Source of the DNA: Heterodontus francisci
Taxonomy: Eukaryota
Assembly: GCF_036365525.1 (NCBI RefSeq)
Contig: NC_090374.1
Location: 138,112,685-138,176,684, forward strand
Length of the DNA stretch: 64,000 nucleotides
Direction: 5' to 3'
In this document: positions 25,479 to 38,439 of the stretch, one piece after another
Layout: each line of letters begins with the position of its first letter
Numbering within the stretch: the first letter of the stretch is position 1
The notes under the pieces: model-generated
The model's database searches: none
What the model was told of the DNA's origin: nothing
The model's input: the letters and a program-made list of their open reading frames with translations, nothing else
Program-made: the position numbers and the translations under genes

Positions 25479-26371
25479 ATCGCATTCCCTTCATCAACTT
25501 TCTCTGTTACCTCATCAAAACATTAGATTAGTCAATCATCATCTGCCTTTTATAAATCCGTGCTAGCTCTCCTCAATTAACTCAAACCTCTCCAAGTGCC
25601 TGTTGACATTTCTTCCCTGATTATTGTTTCTAAAATCTTAACCAGCACTGATGTTAAACTTAATGGGCTGCAGTTACACAGAATATCCTTAAACTCTTTC
25701 TTGAATAAGGGTGTCACATTTGCCATTCTCCAATCCTCTGGCACCTCCCACGTATGTAGGAAAGATGGGAAGAATATGGCAAGCACTTCTGCTATCTCCA
25801 CCCCTGGGATGCAAGCCAACTGGACCAGGTGACTTATCGACTCTAAGCATAGCCAATCTTTCTAGTACATCCCTCTTCTAAATTTTAACCCCATCCATAC
25901 CTCCATCATCTCCACTTCTACTAATGTTTTATCAGTATCCTCTTCCTTGATAAACACTGATACAGGCACTCAATTAAATATTCGAGTCTCCCCCTGCATC
26001 TCCAGGCATGTATCACCTTCTTTGTCCCTAATAGGCCCCATCCCACGGGCTGGATTTTGCAGTCCCACTGCTGGGAGCAGCGGCAGACGCAGAACATGGC
26101 GGCATCCTGCACGTAACCCACACAGCTGCGCTGTCGCAATTATGTGGCGGGTGGCCACTTAGCATAATCATGGCGACCGCCAACACCCCTGCCCCCTCCA
26201 CCCCCCAATTATGTGACAGGGGCGGCATTGGTGACACTGTGAATGGTGTCATCTGATGCAGCAGCAGGTGCTGGCACCATCTTTAAAAGGCTGCCAATCC
26301 TGCAAACAATGCATCCAATTGCAAAGTTTCCCTCTTGCCCCCGCCCCACCCCCGCCAATCCATAAAATAAT

Positions 26372-29300
26372 GCAGGTCGTGTCCTCAGCCCAACCATCTT
26401 CAGCTGCTTCATCAATGACCTTTCCTCCATCATAAGGTCAGAAGTGGGATGTTCACTGATTATTTCACCACTGAAGCAGCCCATGTCCATCTGCAGCAAG
26501 ACCTGGACAACATCCAGTTTTGGGCTGATAAGTGGCAAGTAACATTCACGCCACACAAGTGCCAGACAATGACCATCTCAAGCAAGAGAGAATCTAACCA
26601 TCTCCCCTTGACGTTCAATGGCATTACCATTGCGGAATCCCCCCACGATCAACATCTTGGGGGTCACCAGTGACAGAAACTGAACTGGACCAGCCGCATA
26701 AATGGTGTGGCTGCAAGAGCAGGTCAGAGGCTGGGAATTCTGCGGCGAGTGACTCACCTCCTGACTCCCCAAAGCCAGTCCACCATCAACAAGGAACAAG
26801 TCAGGAGTGTGATGGAATACTCTCCACTTGCCTGGATGGTGGCAGCTCCAACAACACTCAAGAAACTGGACACCATCCATGATAAAGCAGCCCGCTTGAT
26901 TGGCAACCCATCCACCACCTTCAACATTCATTCCCTCCACCACCGACGCACAGTGGCAGCAGTGTGTACCATCTACAAGATGCACTGCAGCAACTCAGCA
27001 AGGCTCCTTCGACAGCATCTTCCAAATCTGCGACCTCTACCACCTAGAAAGACAAGGGCAGCAGATGCACGGGAACACCATCACCTGCAAGTTCCCCTCC
27101 AAGTCACACACCATCCTGACTCGGAACTATATCGCCGTTCCTTCACTGTCGCTGGCTCAAAATCCTGGAACTCTCTTCCTACATCCAGGGAGAAGACTCG
27201 GAGGGCGGAGCTCCGGACCAGTAAGTATAAAAAACTTACCTCTGGTAAAAAAAACTGAAAACAAAACTGAAAACGTGACGTCACAGGAAAGCTGTGACCT
27301 GATTGGCTGGTAGGGAATCAGTACTGAATTTGAAAATAAAACATTGATAAAAATTGATTAAAACCCTAATTAACTAATTAATAAGTCGAGTAACTAAACC
27401 AGAGGGAGGAGATTACTGTATTTAGTTAGCATTTAATATTTATAGTAGAAATCTAGCACTAGGGACTATATAGTTAATTGTAACATAATTTAGTAAGGAT
27501 TTAATAAGTATTTATTTATTTTAAATTAATTTATTAATTAGTGCTAGAAATGTCAGTTAGAGGGGTAAAATGCTTCACCTGTGAGATGTGGGAGGTACGT
27601 GACGCTTCCAGTGTTCCGGGCGACTACATCTGCAGGAAATGTACCCAGTTGCAGCTCCTCACAGACCGCATGGATTGATTGGAGCAGCAACTGGATGCAC
27701 TTCAGAGCATGCAGGTGGCGGAAAGCATCATCGACAGGAGTTTTAGAGAAGTGGTTACACCCAAGGTGCAGGCAGATAGATGGGTGACCGCGAGAAGGGG
27801 CAGGCAGTCAGTGCAGGAATCCCCTGTGGCTATCCCCCTCTCTAACAAGTATACCGTTTTGGATACTGTTGGGGGGGATGGCCTATCAGGGGAAAACAAC
27901 AGCAGCAGCCACAGCAGTGGCACCACGGCTGGCACTGTTGTTCAGCAGGGAGGGACAAAGCACAGAAGAGCAATAGTTATAGGGGACTCGATAGTCAGGG
28001 GCACAGATAGGCGCTTCTGTGGACGTGAAAGAGACTCCAGGATGGTATGTTGCCTCCCTGGTGCCAGGGTCAAGGATGTCTCTGAACGGGCAGGGGGCAT
28101 TCTGAAGGGGGAGGGTGACGAGCCAGAGGCTGTGGTACACATCGGTACCAACGACATAGGCAGGAAGAGTGACGAGGTCTGCAGGGGGAGTTTAGGGAGT
28201 TAGGTAGAAAGTTAAAAGACAGGACCTCCAGGGTTGTAATCTCGGGATTACTCCCTGTGCTATGTGCCAGTGAGGCTAGAAATAGGAAGATAGTGCAGCT
28301 AAACACGTGGCTGAACAGCTGGTGTAGAAGGGAGGGTTTCAGATATCTGGACCATTGGGATCTCTTCAGGGACAGGTGGGACCTGTACAAGAAGGACGGG
28401 TTGCATCTAAACTGGAGGGGCACAAATATCCTGGCTGCGAGGTCTGCTAGCGTCACTTGGGAGGGTTTAAACTAGTGTGGCAGGGGGGTGGGAACCAGGG
28501 CAGTAGGACAGCAGGTGAAATAAATGAGGGGGAACCAGTAAATAAGCCCAGTAAGACTAAGAGGAAGAGCAGGCAGGGAGATGTTGCTGAGCACAGCGGG
28601 ACTGGTGGTCTGAAGTGCATTTGTTTCAATGCGAGAAGTATAACAGGTAAGGCAGATGAACTTAGAGCTTGGATTAGTACTTGGAACTATGATGTTGTTG
28701 CTATTACAGAGACTTGGTTGAGGGAAGGACAGGATTGGCAGCTAAATGTTCCGGGATTTAGAAGCTTCAGGCGTGATAGAGAGGGATGGAAAAGGGGTGG
28801 GGGAGTTGCATTACTGGTTAAGGAGAATATCACAGCTGTACTGCGGGAGGACACCTCAGAGGGGTCATGCAGCGAGGCAATATGGGTGGAGCTCAGGAAT
28901 AGGAAGGGTGCAGTCATGATGTTGGGCATTTACTACAGGCCTCCCAACAGCCAGCGGGAGGTAGAGGAGCAGATATGTAGACAGATTTTGGAAAGATGTA
29001 AAGGTAACAGGGTTGTAGTGGTGGGTGATTTTAACTTCCCCAATATTGACTGGGACTCACTTAGTGCTAGGGGCTTGGATGGGGCAGAATTTGTAAGGAG
29101 CATCCAGGAGGGCTTCTTGAAACAATATGTCGATCGTCCAACTAGGGATGGGGCCGTACTAGACCTGGTATTGGGGAATGAGCCCGGCCAGGTGGTCGAA
29201 GTTTCAGTTGGGGAGCATTTCGGGAACAGTGACCATAATTCCATAAGTTTTAAGGTACTTGTGGATAAGGATAAGAGTAGTCCTCGGGTGAAGGTGCTAA

Positions 29301-31643
29301 ATTGGGGGAAGGCTAATTATAACAATATTAGGCAGGAACTGAAGAATTTAGATTGGGGGCGGCTGTTTGAGGGTAAATCAACATCTGACATGTGGGAGTC
29401 TTTTAAACGTCAGTTGATTAGAATCCAGGACCAGCATGTTCCTGTGAGGAAGAAGGATAAGTTTGGCAAGTTTCGGGAACCTTGGATAACGAGGGATATT
29501 GTGAGCCTAGTCAAAAAAAAAGGAAGCATTCATAAGGGCTGGAAGGCTGGGAACAGACGAAGCCCTTGAGGAATATAAAGACAGTAGGAAGGAACTTAAG
29601 CAAGGAGACAGGAGGGCTAAAAGGGGTCATGAAAAGTCATTGGCAAACAGGATTAAGGAGAATCCAAAGGCTTTTTATATGTATATAAAGAGCAAGAGGG
29701 TAACCAGGGAAAGGGTTGGCCCACTCAAGGACAGAGGAGGGAATCTATGTGTGGAGCCAGAGGAAATGGGCGAGGTACTAAATGAGTACTTTGCATCAGT
29801 ATTCACCAAACAGAAGGACTTGGTGGATGATGAGTCTAGGGAAGGGAGTGTAGATAGTCTGGGTCATGTCGTTATCAAAAAGGAGGAGATGTTGGGCATC
29901 TTGCAAAACATTGAGGTAGATAAGACCCCCGGGCCTGATGGGATCTACCCCAGAATACTGAGGGAGGCAAGGGAAGAAATTGCTGGGGCCTTGACAGAAA
30001 TCTTTGTATCCTCATTGGCTACAGGTGAGGTCCCAGAGGACTGCAAAATAGCCAATGTTGTTCCTTTGTTAAGGAAGGGTAGCAAGGATAATCCAGGAAA
30101 TTATAGGCCGGTGAGCCTTGTCAGTGGCAGGGAAATTATTAGAGAGGATTCTTCGGGACAGGATTTACTCCCATTTGGAAACAAATGAACTTATTAGCGA
30201 GAGGCAGCATGGTTTTGTGAAAGGGAGGTCGTGTTTCACTAACTTGATTGATTTTTTTGAGGAAGTGACGAAGATGATTGATGAAGGAAGGGCAGTGGAT
30301 GTTGTCTATATGGACTTCAGTAAAGCCTTTGACAAGGTCCCTCATGGCAGACTGGCACAAAAGGTGAAGTCACATGGGATCAGAGGTGATCAGAGGACAA
30401 GATGGATACAGAACTGGCTCAGTCATAGAAGACAGAGGATAGCAGTGGAAGAGTGCTTTTCTGAATGGAAGGCTGTGACTCGTGGTGTTCCGCAGGGATC
30501 AGTAGATATCTACCTTCCGCTGGGACCTTTGCTGTTTGTAGTATATATAAATGATTTGGAGGAAAATGTAGTTGGGCTGATTAGTAAGTTTGCGGACGAC
30601 ACAAAGGTTGGTGGAGTTGCGGATAGTGATGAGGATTGTCAGAGGATACAGCAGGATATAGATCGGTTGGAGACTTGGGCGGAGAAATGGCAGATGGAGT
30701 TTAATTCGGACAAATGTGAGGTCATGCATTTTGGAAGATCTAATACAGGTGGGAAGTATACAGTAAATGGCAGAACCCTTCGGAGTATTGACAGGCAGAG
30801 AGATCTGGGCGTACAGGTCCACAGGTCACTGAAAGTGGCAACGCAGGTGGATAAGGTAGTCAAGAAGGCATAAGGCATGCTTGCCTTCATCGGTTGGGGC
30901 ATAGAGTATAAAAATTGGCAAGTCATGCTGCAGCTGTACAGAACTTTAGTTAGGCCACACTTAGAATATTGCGTGCAATTCTGGTCGCCACACTACCAGA
31001 AGGACGTGGAGGCTTTGGAGAGGGTACAGAAGAGGTTTACCAGGATGTTGCCTGGTCTGAAGGGCATTAGCTATGAGGAGAGGTTGGATAAACTCGGATT
31101 GTTTTCACTGGAACGACGGAGGTGGAGGGGCGACATGATCGAGGTTTACAAAGTTATGAGTGGCATGGACAGAGTGGATAGTCAGAAGCTTTTTCCCAGG
31201 GTGGAAGAGTCAGTTACTAGGGGACATAGGTTTAAGGTACGAGGGGCAAAGTTTAGAGGGGATGTGTGAGGCAAGTTCTTTACACAGAGGGTGGTGAGTG
31301 CCTGGCACTTGCTGCCGGGGGAGGTGGTGGAAGCAGGTACGATAGCGACGTTTAAGAGGCATCTTGACAAATACATGAATAGGATGGGAATAGAGGGATA
31401 CGGTCCCCGGAAGTGCAGAAGGTTTTAGTTTAGGCAGGCATCAAGATCGGCGCAGGCTTGGAGGGCAGAATGGCCTGTTCCTGAGCTGTACTGTTCTTTG
31501 TTCTAACAACACTGTTGGTGTACCTACAGCGGATTGCAGCGGTTCAAGAAGGCAGCTCACCACCATCATCTCAAGGGCAATTAGGGATAGGCAATAAATG
31601 CTGGCATAGCCGCAATGCCCACATCCCTCGAACGAATAAAAAA
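26372..31643 (+). mobile_element. CR1-group LINE 'D' 3' fragment (26372-27182 and 31503-31643) with an LF-SINE-type tail
   Basis: LQQDLDNIQFWADKWQVTF, QVRSVMEYSPLAW. The reading ggaactctcttcct resumes as ctaacaacactg after CR1 'E'. Confidence 0.85.
27183..31502 (+). mobile_element. Full-length CR1 LINE 'E' (5' UTR, ORF1, ORF2 APE-RT, 3' tail), inactivated
   Basis: ORF1 CFTCEMWE..CRKC, IVIGDSIVRG, HIGTND, DGLHLN. ORF2 CFNARSI, AITETWL, VGDFN, SDH, FADDTK. Several stops and frameshifts. Confidence 0.95.
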
Positions 31644-32986
31644 GTTGAACCCTTCCCCGCCTCGTTGGCGCAGACATATCATGGACAGGAAAGTGAAGGC
31701 ACATTAGTGCCCCACACCGAGCTTAAGATTGGGAACGGATGGTAAGATCCTGGTGAATTACGTTCATGGATGCAAAGAAGTACTTACCATATTTAAAGTC
31801 GGGTCCCCAGCGCAGAGCAGCGGAGGTGTCGCCACAGAGCTTCGCTGCTCCTGGGAAAATCGGAACCAGCAAACCCGGCGTCGGGTTCCGTAGTGGCCGC
31901 TGCCTCTCTGATTCTCCGGCCTTCCCCCCCCTCACCCCGCCACGAAACCTGCCGTTGGGAGGAGAATAATATCCAACCCCAACTCTTACTACCTGCTTAC
32001 TATTTACATGCTGGTAAAAGATTTTTTGGTTCCCTTTTATGTTAACTGCCATTCTATTCTCATATTCTCTCTTTGCCAGACTTATTTTCCTCTTCATTTC
32101 CCCTCCCAACTTATTGTATTTGGCCTGGTTCTCGTTTGAAGAATTCACCTGACATGCATCATACACCCTCTTTTTTTTTGTTTTTTCATATTCACTATTT
32201 CCCTTGTCATCGAAGGAGCCGAGCTTTGGTTCCCCTTATTTTTGCCCTTGTTGGAATGTACCTAGCTTGTACCTGACAAATCTCTTTAAAGACCATCGAT
32301 TGTTCCATAACTGTTTTTCTTTTTAGTCTTTGGTTCCATTTAGATCCTTCTCTGAAGTTAGCCCTCTTCCAATTTAGAAGTTCTGCTTTAGATTGTTCCT
32401 TGCTCTTCTCCATTACTAATCTAAACTTTATGATACAATGATCACTCTTATCCAAATGTTCCTCACAGACAGTTGATCCTCTTGGCCCACATCATTTCCC
32501 AGCACCAGATCCAGCAATGCCTCCTTCCCAGTTGGACTGAGAACATACTGGTCAAAGAAGTTCTCCTGAACACATTTCAGAAATTCCTTCTTCACCTTAC
32601 CCTCTACTCTAACATTATCCCAATCAATATTTGGGTAATTCAAGCCCCCAATATCACTACTCTATTGTTCTTGCACATTTCTAAGATTTCACTGTAGATT
32701 TGCTCCTTTATCTCTCTCTTTCACTATTTGGAGGCCTATAGCATAGCCCCAGTAACGTGACCATCCCCTTTTTTCTTCTCAACTCTAACCAAATGGATTC
32801 TGCCTTTGCCACCTCAAAGACATCCTCCCTTTCCGATTCTACAATGTCTTCCCTAATCAGTATTGCCACCCCACTTCCCCTTTCTCTTTCCTTATCTTTT
32901 CTGAACACCTGATTATTAAGCACTCAGTCCTCACAATTTTTAAGCCATGTTTCCATTATTGCCACCACATCATATTCCCACACAGC

Positions 32987-33507
32987 AGGCTGGATTTTAT
33001 AAGCTCGCCATCCTTCAAAAAGGGCGGCTCGTGACGTCAAAGAGCCGCCACGATCTCAAGCATGGTGGCTCATTTAAATAGCCGGGGCAGGCCGCCCTCC
33101 CGATCACATGCAGGGAGCGGCTGTCCGGCCCCGGCAATGACATCAGCTGCCTGTGCACACTGATAAACGTACCTCCTCCCACCTCCCCACCAGTGTTTTG
33201 CTTCGTTTCCCCGGATGGGGATCCGAAGGCTTGGGAGTGCCGGCTGCGGGCTGAAGATCTCGGCAGGCCATCAAGAGGAGGTGTCAGTATATCTAAATTA
33301 ATTAATTTAATGTATTTAAATATTTAAATTGTGGTCCCGTCGCCCAGTGGTTGGGGGTGGGGGGCGCTGCCATGGAGCCTCACCGCCGCTGGGAGGATCG
33401 GGTCGGGCCCTGCCGGCGTCGAGGTCCGTGGCGAGCCTGATATGGAGCCATCTTCAGGTCCCCCCCGCCACGGATCCCGACATCGAAGGCTCCTTAAAAT
33501 CCAGCCC
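32987..33507. mobile_element. Harbinger-type MITE
   Basis: TIRs aggctggatttta / taaaatccagccc, 3-bp TSD agc. Confidence 0.8.
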
Positions 33508-34734
33508 AGCTATTTGCTCTTCTAACTCATCAAACTTATTCACCACACTTTGTACGTTTACACACATGCAGTCTGAAACTGTCCTTGTATTTCTCAATGT
33601 CCTTCTTAGTCTGCTGCTACCTAATATGGTAATACTTCCTTCTCTAGTACTATCAAACACTCCCACTCCTTTATGCATCTTATTCCCCTTTTCTACATCT
33701 ATATCCTGGTTTCCAATCCCCTGCCAATTTAGTTTAAACCCTCCCCCAACCACACTAATGAACCTCCCCATGAAGATATTGTTCACAGTCCTGTTAAGGT
33801 GCAACCTGTCCCTTTTGAATAGGTGCTTCCTGCCCCAGAACAGGTGCCAATGCTCCAAGAATCAGAAGCCCTTCCTCCAGCACCATACCTCAAGCATTTC
33901 ATTGATCCTCCCCATCTTCCCATTTCTACTCTCCCTAGCACATGGCACTGGGAATAATCCAGAGATTACTACAAAGCAAAACAAACCTGAGAGGTCCTAC
34001 TTTTTAACTTTTTCCCTAGCTTCTGAAAGTCAGACTGTAGGACCTTAATACCTGCCCTTCCCACGTTATTGGTACCAACGTGCACCACAACCTTTGGCTC
34101 ACTCCCTTCCCCTGCAGAATATTCTGCACACTCTCCATGATGTCCTTTACCCTGGCACGAGGGAGGCAGCACACCATGCATGTTGATCAAAGGACTCATG
34201 TTGACGGTTACAGATACGTCTGTTTATCCCAGTTATATTGTTATGTCATCCCAAAATGATTTAGGATTTATATTGTTCATGCGTATATTACATGTATATC
34301 CATAATGCCATATCAACCCCTACTGCACTACAGTCGGTGTACTGTGTGTAGAGATGTGTAAAATATGAGGTGCAAGCTGCAGTATCTTTGTTAAAAAGTG
34401 TGATTATTTTGGAGTTCTGGGAACCACAAGATATATCAGTACCCCTAGATATGAAATCTCCTATAATGACTGCATTTCTACTCTTTGCTGTTCCCTCCTG
34501 TGCAGTCCCTTGTCCATTGGTGCCATGCTCTGGACTGCACTCCTTCAAGGTGTTGTCACTCCCAGTCTCCATTGCTGAGTAACAGTACCAGTAAACTGAA
34601 CAATGCAGATTGTGACATAGGGATGGAAATGTTATATAATTTGTTCCTTTATGCATGAATGATTATAAAATTCACAGAATTACAAATAATATTAATAATA
34701 TACTTGGGTCTTTATTGTAACTTAAGCTGGAACA

Positions 34735-36283
34735 TATGGGTCCTGACAATATTCCGGCAATAGTACTGAAGACCTGTGCTCCAGAACTTGCCGCGCCCCT
34801 AGCCAAGCTGTTCCAGTACAGCGACAACACTGACATCTATCCTGCAATTTGGAAAATTGCCCAGGTATGTCCTGTACACAAAAAGCAGGACAAGTCCAAC
34901 CCGGCCAATTACTGCCCCATCTGTCTACTCTCAATCATCAGCAACGTGATGGAAGGTGTCATCAACAGTGCCATCAAGCGGTACTTGCTTAGCAATAACC
35001 TGCTCAGTGACGCTCAGTTTGGGTACTGTCAGGCCACTCAGCTCCTGACCTCATTACAGCCTTGGTTCAAATATGGATAAAAGAGCTGAACTCAAGAGGA
35101 GAGGTGAGAATGACTGCCCTTGACATCAAGGCAGCATTTGATCAAGTATAGCATCAAGGAGCCCTAGCAAAACTAAGGTCAATGGGAATCAGGGGGAAAA
35201 CACTCCGCTGACTGGAGTCATACCTCGCACAAAGGAAGATGGTTGTGGTTGTTGGAGATCAATCATCTGAGCTCCAGGACATCACTGCAGGAGTTCCTCA
35301 GGGTAGTGTCCTAGGCCCAACCATCTTCAGCTGCTCATCAATGACCTTCCTTCAATCATAAGGTCAGAAGTGGGGATGTTCGCTGATGATTGCACAATGT
35401 TCAGCACAATTCATGACTCCTCAGATACTGAAGCAGTCCGTGTAGAAATGCAGCAAGACCTGGACAATATCCAGGCTTAGACTGATAAGTGGCAAGTAAC
35501 ATTCGCGCCAAACAAGTGCCAGGCAATGACCATCTCCAAAAAGAGAGAATCTAAACGATCTCCCCTTGACATTCAATGGCATTGCCATCGCTGAATCCCC
35601 CACTATCAACATCCTAGGGGTTACCATTGACCAGAAACTGAACTGGAGGAGTCATATAAATACTGTGGCTACAAGAGCAGGTCAGAGGCTAGGAATCCTG
35701 CGGCGAGTAACTCACCTCCTGACTCCCAAACACCTGTCCACCATCTACAAGGCACAAGTCAGGAGTGTGATGGAATACTCTCCACCTGCCTGGGTGGGTG
35801 CAGCTCCAACAACACTCAAGAAGCTCGAAACCATCCAGGACAAAGCAGCCCGCTTGATTGGCACCCCATCTACAAACATTCACTCCCTCCACCACCGACA
35901 GTGGCACAGTGGCAGCAGTGTATACCATCTACAAGATGCACTGCAGCAAAGTGCCAAGGTTCCTTAGACAGCACCTTCCAAACCCGTGACCTCTACCAAC
36001 TAGAAGGACAAGGGCAGCAAATGCATGGGAACACCACCACCTGCAAGCTCCCCTCCAAGTCTCACACCATCCTGACTTGGAACTATATCGCCGTTCCTTC
36101 ACTGTCGCTGGGTCAAAATCCTGGAACTCCCTTCATAACAGCACTGTGGGTGTACCTACCCCACATGGACTGCAGCGGTTCAAGAAGGCAGCTCACCACC
36201 ACCTTCTCAAGGGCAATTAGGGTTGGGCAATAAATGCTGGCATGGCCAGCGACGCCCACATCCCATGAATGAATAAAAAAAAT
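34735..36283 (+). mobile_element. CR1-group LINE (same family as 'D'), RT + 3' tail
   Basis: MGPDNIPAIVLKTCAPELAAPL, LDIKAAFD, GVPQGSVLGP, FADDC. Tail agggcaattagggttgggcaataaatgctggc..cccacatcccatgaatgaataaaaaaa. Confidence 0.9.
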
Positions 36284-36400
36284 ATACACACAACTAATAC
36301 AGGAGCACACCTATGCCTGCCTTATTCTATCAGTCTACACCCACAGATCTTTGGTCATGTGTGACATGACATCACTTGCCTTGGTGACTCTCCACTTACA

Positions 36401-37132
36401 GGCTGGAGTTTTACGCCGCCCCAGCGGGTCGGATGGTGGCGTGGAGGTGGTGTAAAATTGAGCGGCAGGCTCCGGGAGGCCTACACGCCCCGATTCCGCC
36501 TCCGACCAAGCTTACGGAGGTCTGGCGTGGGGTGGGTGCGGGAAATGGCCCGCCCAAGGCCAATCAAGACCCTTAAGTGGCCACTTAATGGCCCTTGCCC
36601 ACCTCCACAGGTATTTTACCTGTGGCAAGCGAGTGTGCCGGGGACGTGAAAGGCCGCCCAGCAATAGCTGCTGGCCTTTCCACGCCCCTGGGGGGGGGGC
36701 ATGGCAGTTGGGCACAGGATGCCCGATTGAAGGCCGCCCGCACCTCCCAACCCAACCCTGGATCCAAGACAGCCCCCCCCCGCAAGCGACCACCCGAGCC
36801 TCATCAGGGCACGACCGACCCCCCTGGTGAGGCAACCCAAGCAAACCTACAGTCCCAACTCCTTGGTATCCTCCTTGGTCGGCTGGGTTGCAGTCCCAGC
36901 AGTGGCCACCGCTCCCGTTGGCGCTGCTGGGACTAAGAGCCGCCGGCCCGCTGATTGGCCAGCACTGAGGCGGGACCTCCTCCCTCAAGTGGGTGGAAGT
37001 CCCGCCTCGGGCCAATTAAAGTCTGGGGATCCTTAAAATACAGGACGGATCCCCAGGCTGGGCGGAAGCGGGGTCATCACCGCCATTTATGTCGGAGTCC
37101 GGCTCCCGTCCGCCCACTGTAAAATTCCGGCC
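36401..37132. mobile_element. Harbinger-type GC-rich MITE
   Basis: TIRs ggctggagttttac / gtaaaattccggcc, 3-bp TSD aca. Confidence 0.82.
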
Positions 37133-37149
37133 ACAGTATCTTAAAGTGA

Positions 37150-37570
37150 TCCCACAACAGGAGGTGGTTGCAGTGCAGTGCTGACTTAGGTAATGCAGTG
37201 ATTTGTGGACAAAGAGAAGAATTTTTTTAAATTCAGTTGCATTGGAAAATAGGGACTCAGTGAAGGGTCTGGCATGATGGCTGAGTAGCGCTTAATACAA
37301 AAAGAGGATATGGGCTGTGTAGTTTTGGATGAGTTGAAGTTTGTGCAGGGTGCAGCTTAGATATCATTGAAGAGGTTATGTCTGGAGGTTACAAAAGTGT
37401 GTATCAGTATTTCAGCAGTAGTCGGGGTGCGATGGGGCAGAAGTAGGCTTTGTTGCATGGGTGGAAGTAAACAATCTTGGTGAGGGATAGGATATCAGAT
37501 TTGAAGCTCAGCTCAAAGTTAAAGAAGACACACAGGCTATACACCATCTGTTTCAGCTTGAGAGAGTAGC
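37150..37570 (-). mobile_element. Degraded L2 fragment
   Basis: Minus strand reads like ELSFKSDILSLTKIVYFH...AEILIHTFVTSR...LHKLQLIQN. Confidence 0.65.
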
Positions 37571-37729
37571 CACTTAGAGTCGTCTTTTACATATGGGCTG
37601 TTTATTTGTTGCATGCACTATAAAAATACATACAAAAATAAATATTTAATACATCAGAGAATGCCTTTTAAATAATGTAATAAGCTGTAACATTGTTTGT
37701 GTTCTAAAACTGTGAGTCCTCAAAGGAAC

Positions 37730-38130
37730 TGGATGCTGGCCTCATAAACTCTAAATCTCCTTCAGAAGACTCAAGAGAGCTCTGAATGGGTACCCCCTAG
37801 CGTTATAAGTAGAAGGAGGCCAACTGGTTTCTTAGTTGTGAGCAAAGCCAACCAGCTCTACCAGTTGTGTTTGCCCAAACTGCAACATGTCAGGTCATTG
37901 TGCATCAGAGTGTTATCAAACTGCATATTGTCACACATATTTTCAATGGTCTTATGAAACAAACAATTATCTTCCTTCGGAATCCTTTGGATTTATGATA
38001 AGGGTATGATAAACAGTACCTGTCAACTGTGGTGCTTTATCTTGTCTGTTAGAGTATACCTTCTGGCTTCCAGGTTTCTTATGCTACAGGTGCAAGGTCC
38101 TCTAAATGGGAGGCATAAGAGGGGCAACTT
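37730..38130 (+). mobile_element. Relic gag-like/Tx1 ORF1 with a CCHC zinc knuckle
   Basis: 37872-37913 encodes CPNCNMSGHCASEC (CX2CX4HX4C). A further decayed CYRC motif lies near 38082. No long ORF. Confidence 0.4.
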
Positions 38131-38439
38131 TCCAAAATCACATTCTTAGCGGTTGAAGCTCCATGTTGGGAGCATAATACCATAAAATTATCTCCAGAAT
38201 GCTTGACAGTTTTTTCTTAATGATCAATCTTATGCAAATGAGATTTAAAGCAGTATTGCAATGATATCCTGTTCTTTCCCATGAGTTTGGGAAGTATGCG
38301 TAGCCTGCCCATAAATAGTTGCCTTCCAGAAAATAGGTTATAAACAACAACGTGCATTTATATCATGCGGCTAAAAGAAATGCAGTTTGTGCACTTTGTG
38401 ATCCTCTGAAGTTTTTGGAGATGGAAGAGGATGAAAGAA

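Larger units (their letters stand above)
26047..31979. mobile_element. Harbinger-type MITE containing nested LINEs
   Basis: TIRs gggctggatttt / aatatccaaccc, 3-bp flanks cac/caa. Host CR1 'A' is continuous across it. Confidence 0.65.
17930..34235 (-). mobile_element. Old near-full-length CR1 (host 'A'), fragmented by later insertions
   Basis: Collinear pieces: 3' end 17930-18864; RT 21381-21603 and 25479-26046; endonuclease 31980-32986; ORF1 esterase 33508-34235 (HWHLFWGRKHLFKRDRLHLN, VHVGTNNVG). Confidence 0.8.

Noticed and set aside
27550-31400. CR1 'E' (and 'B', 'C') as active elements or host genes; SGNH esterase ORF1 as a novel enzyme
   Set aside because: All carry stops or frameshifts, and an esterase-type ORF1 is an established CR1 feature.
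36401-37132. CpG-island promoter or GC-rich ORFs (also 32987-33507)
   Set aside because: Bounded by TIRs and TSDs, so these are MITEs. The ORFs have no recognisable domain.
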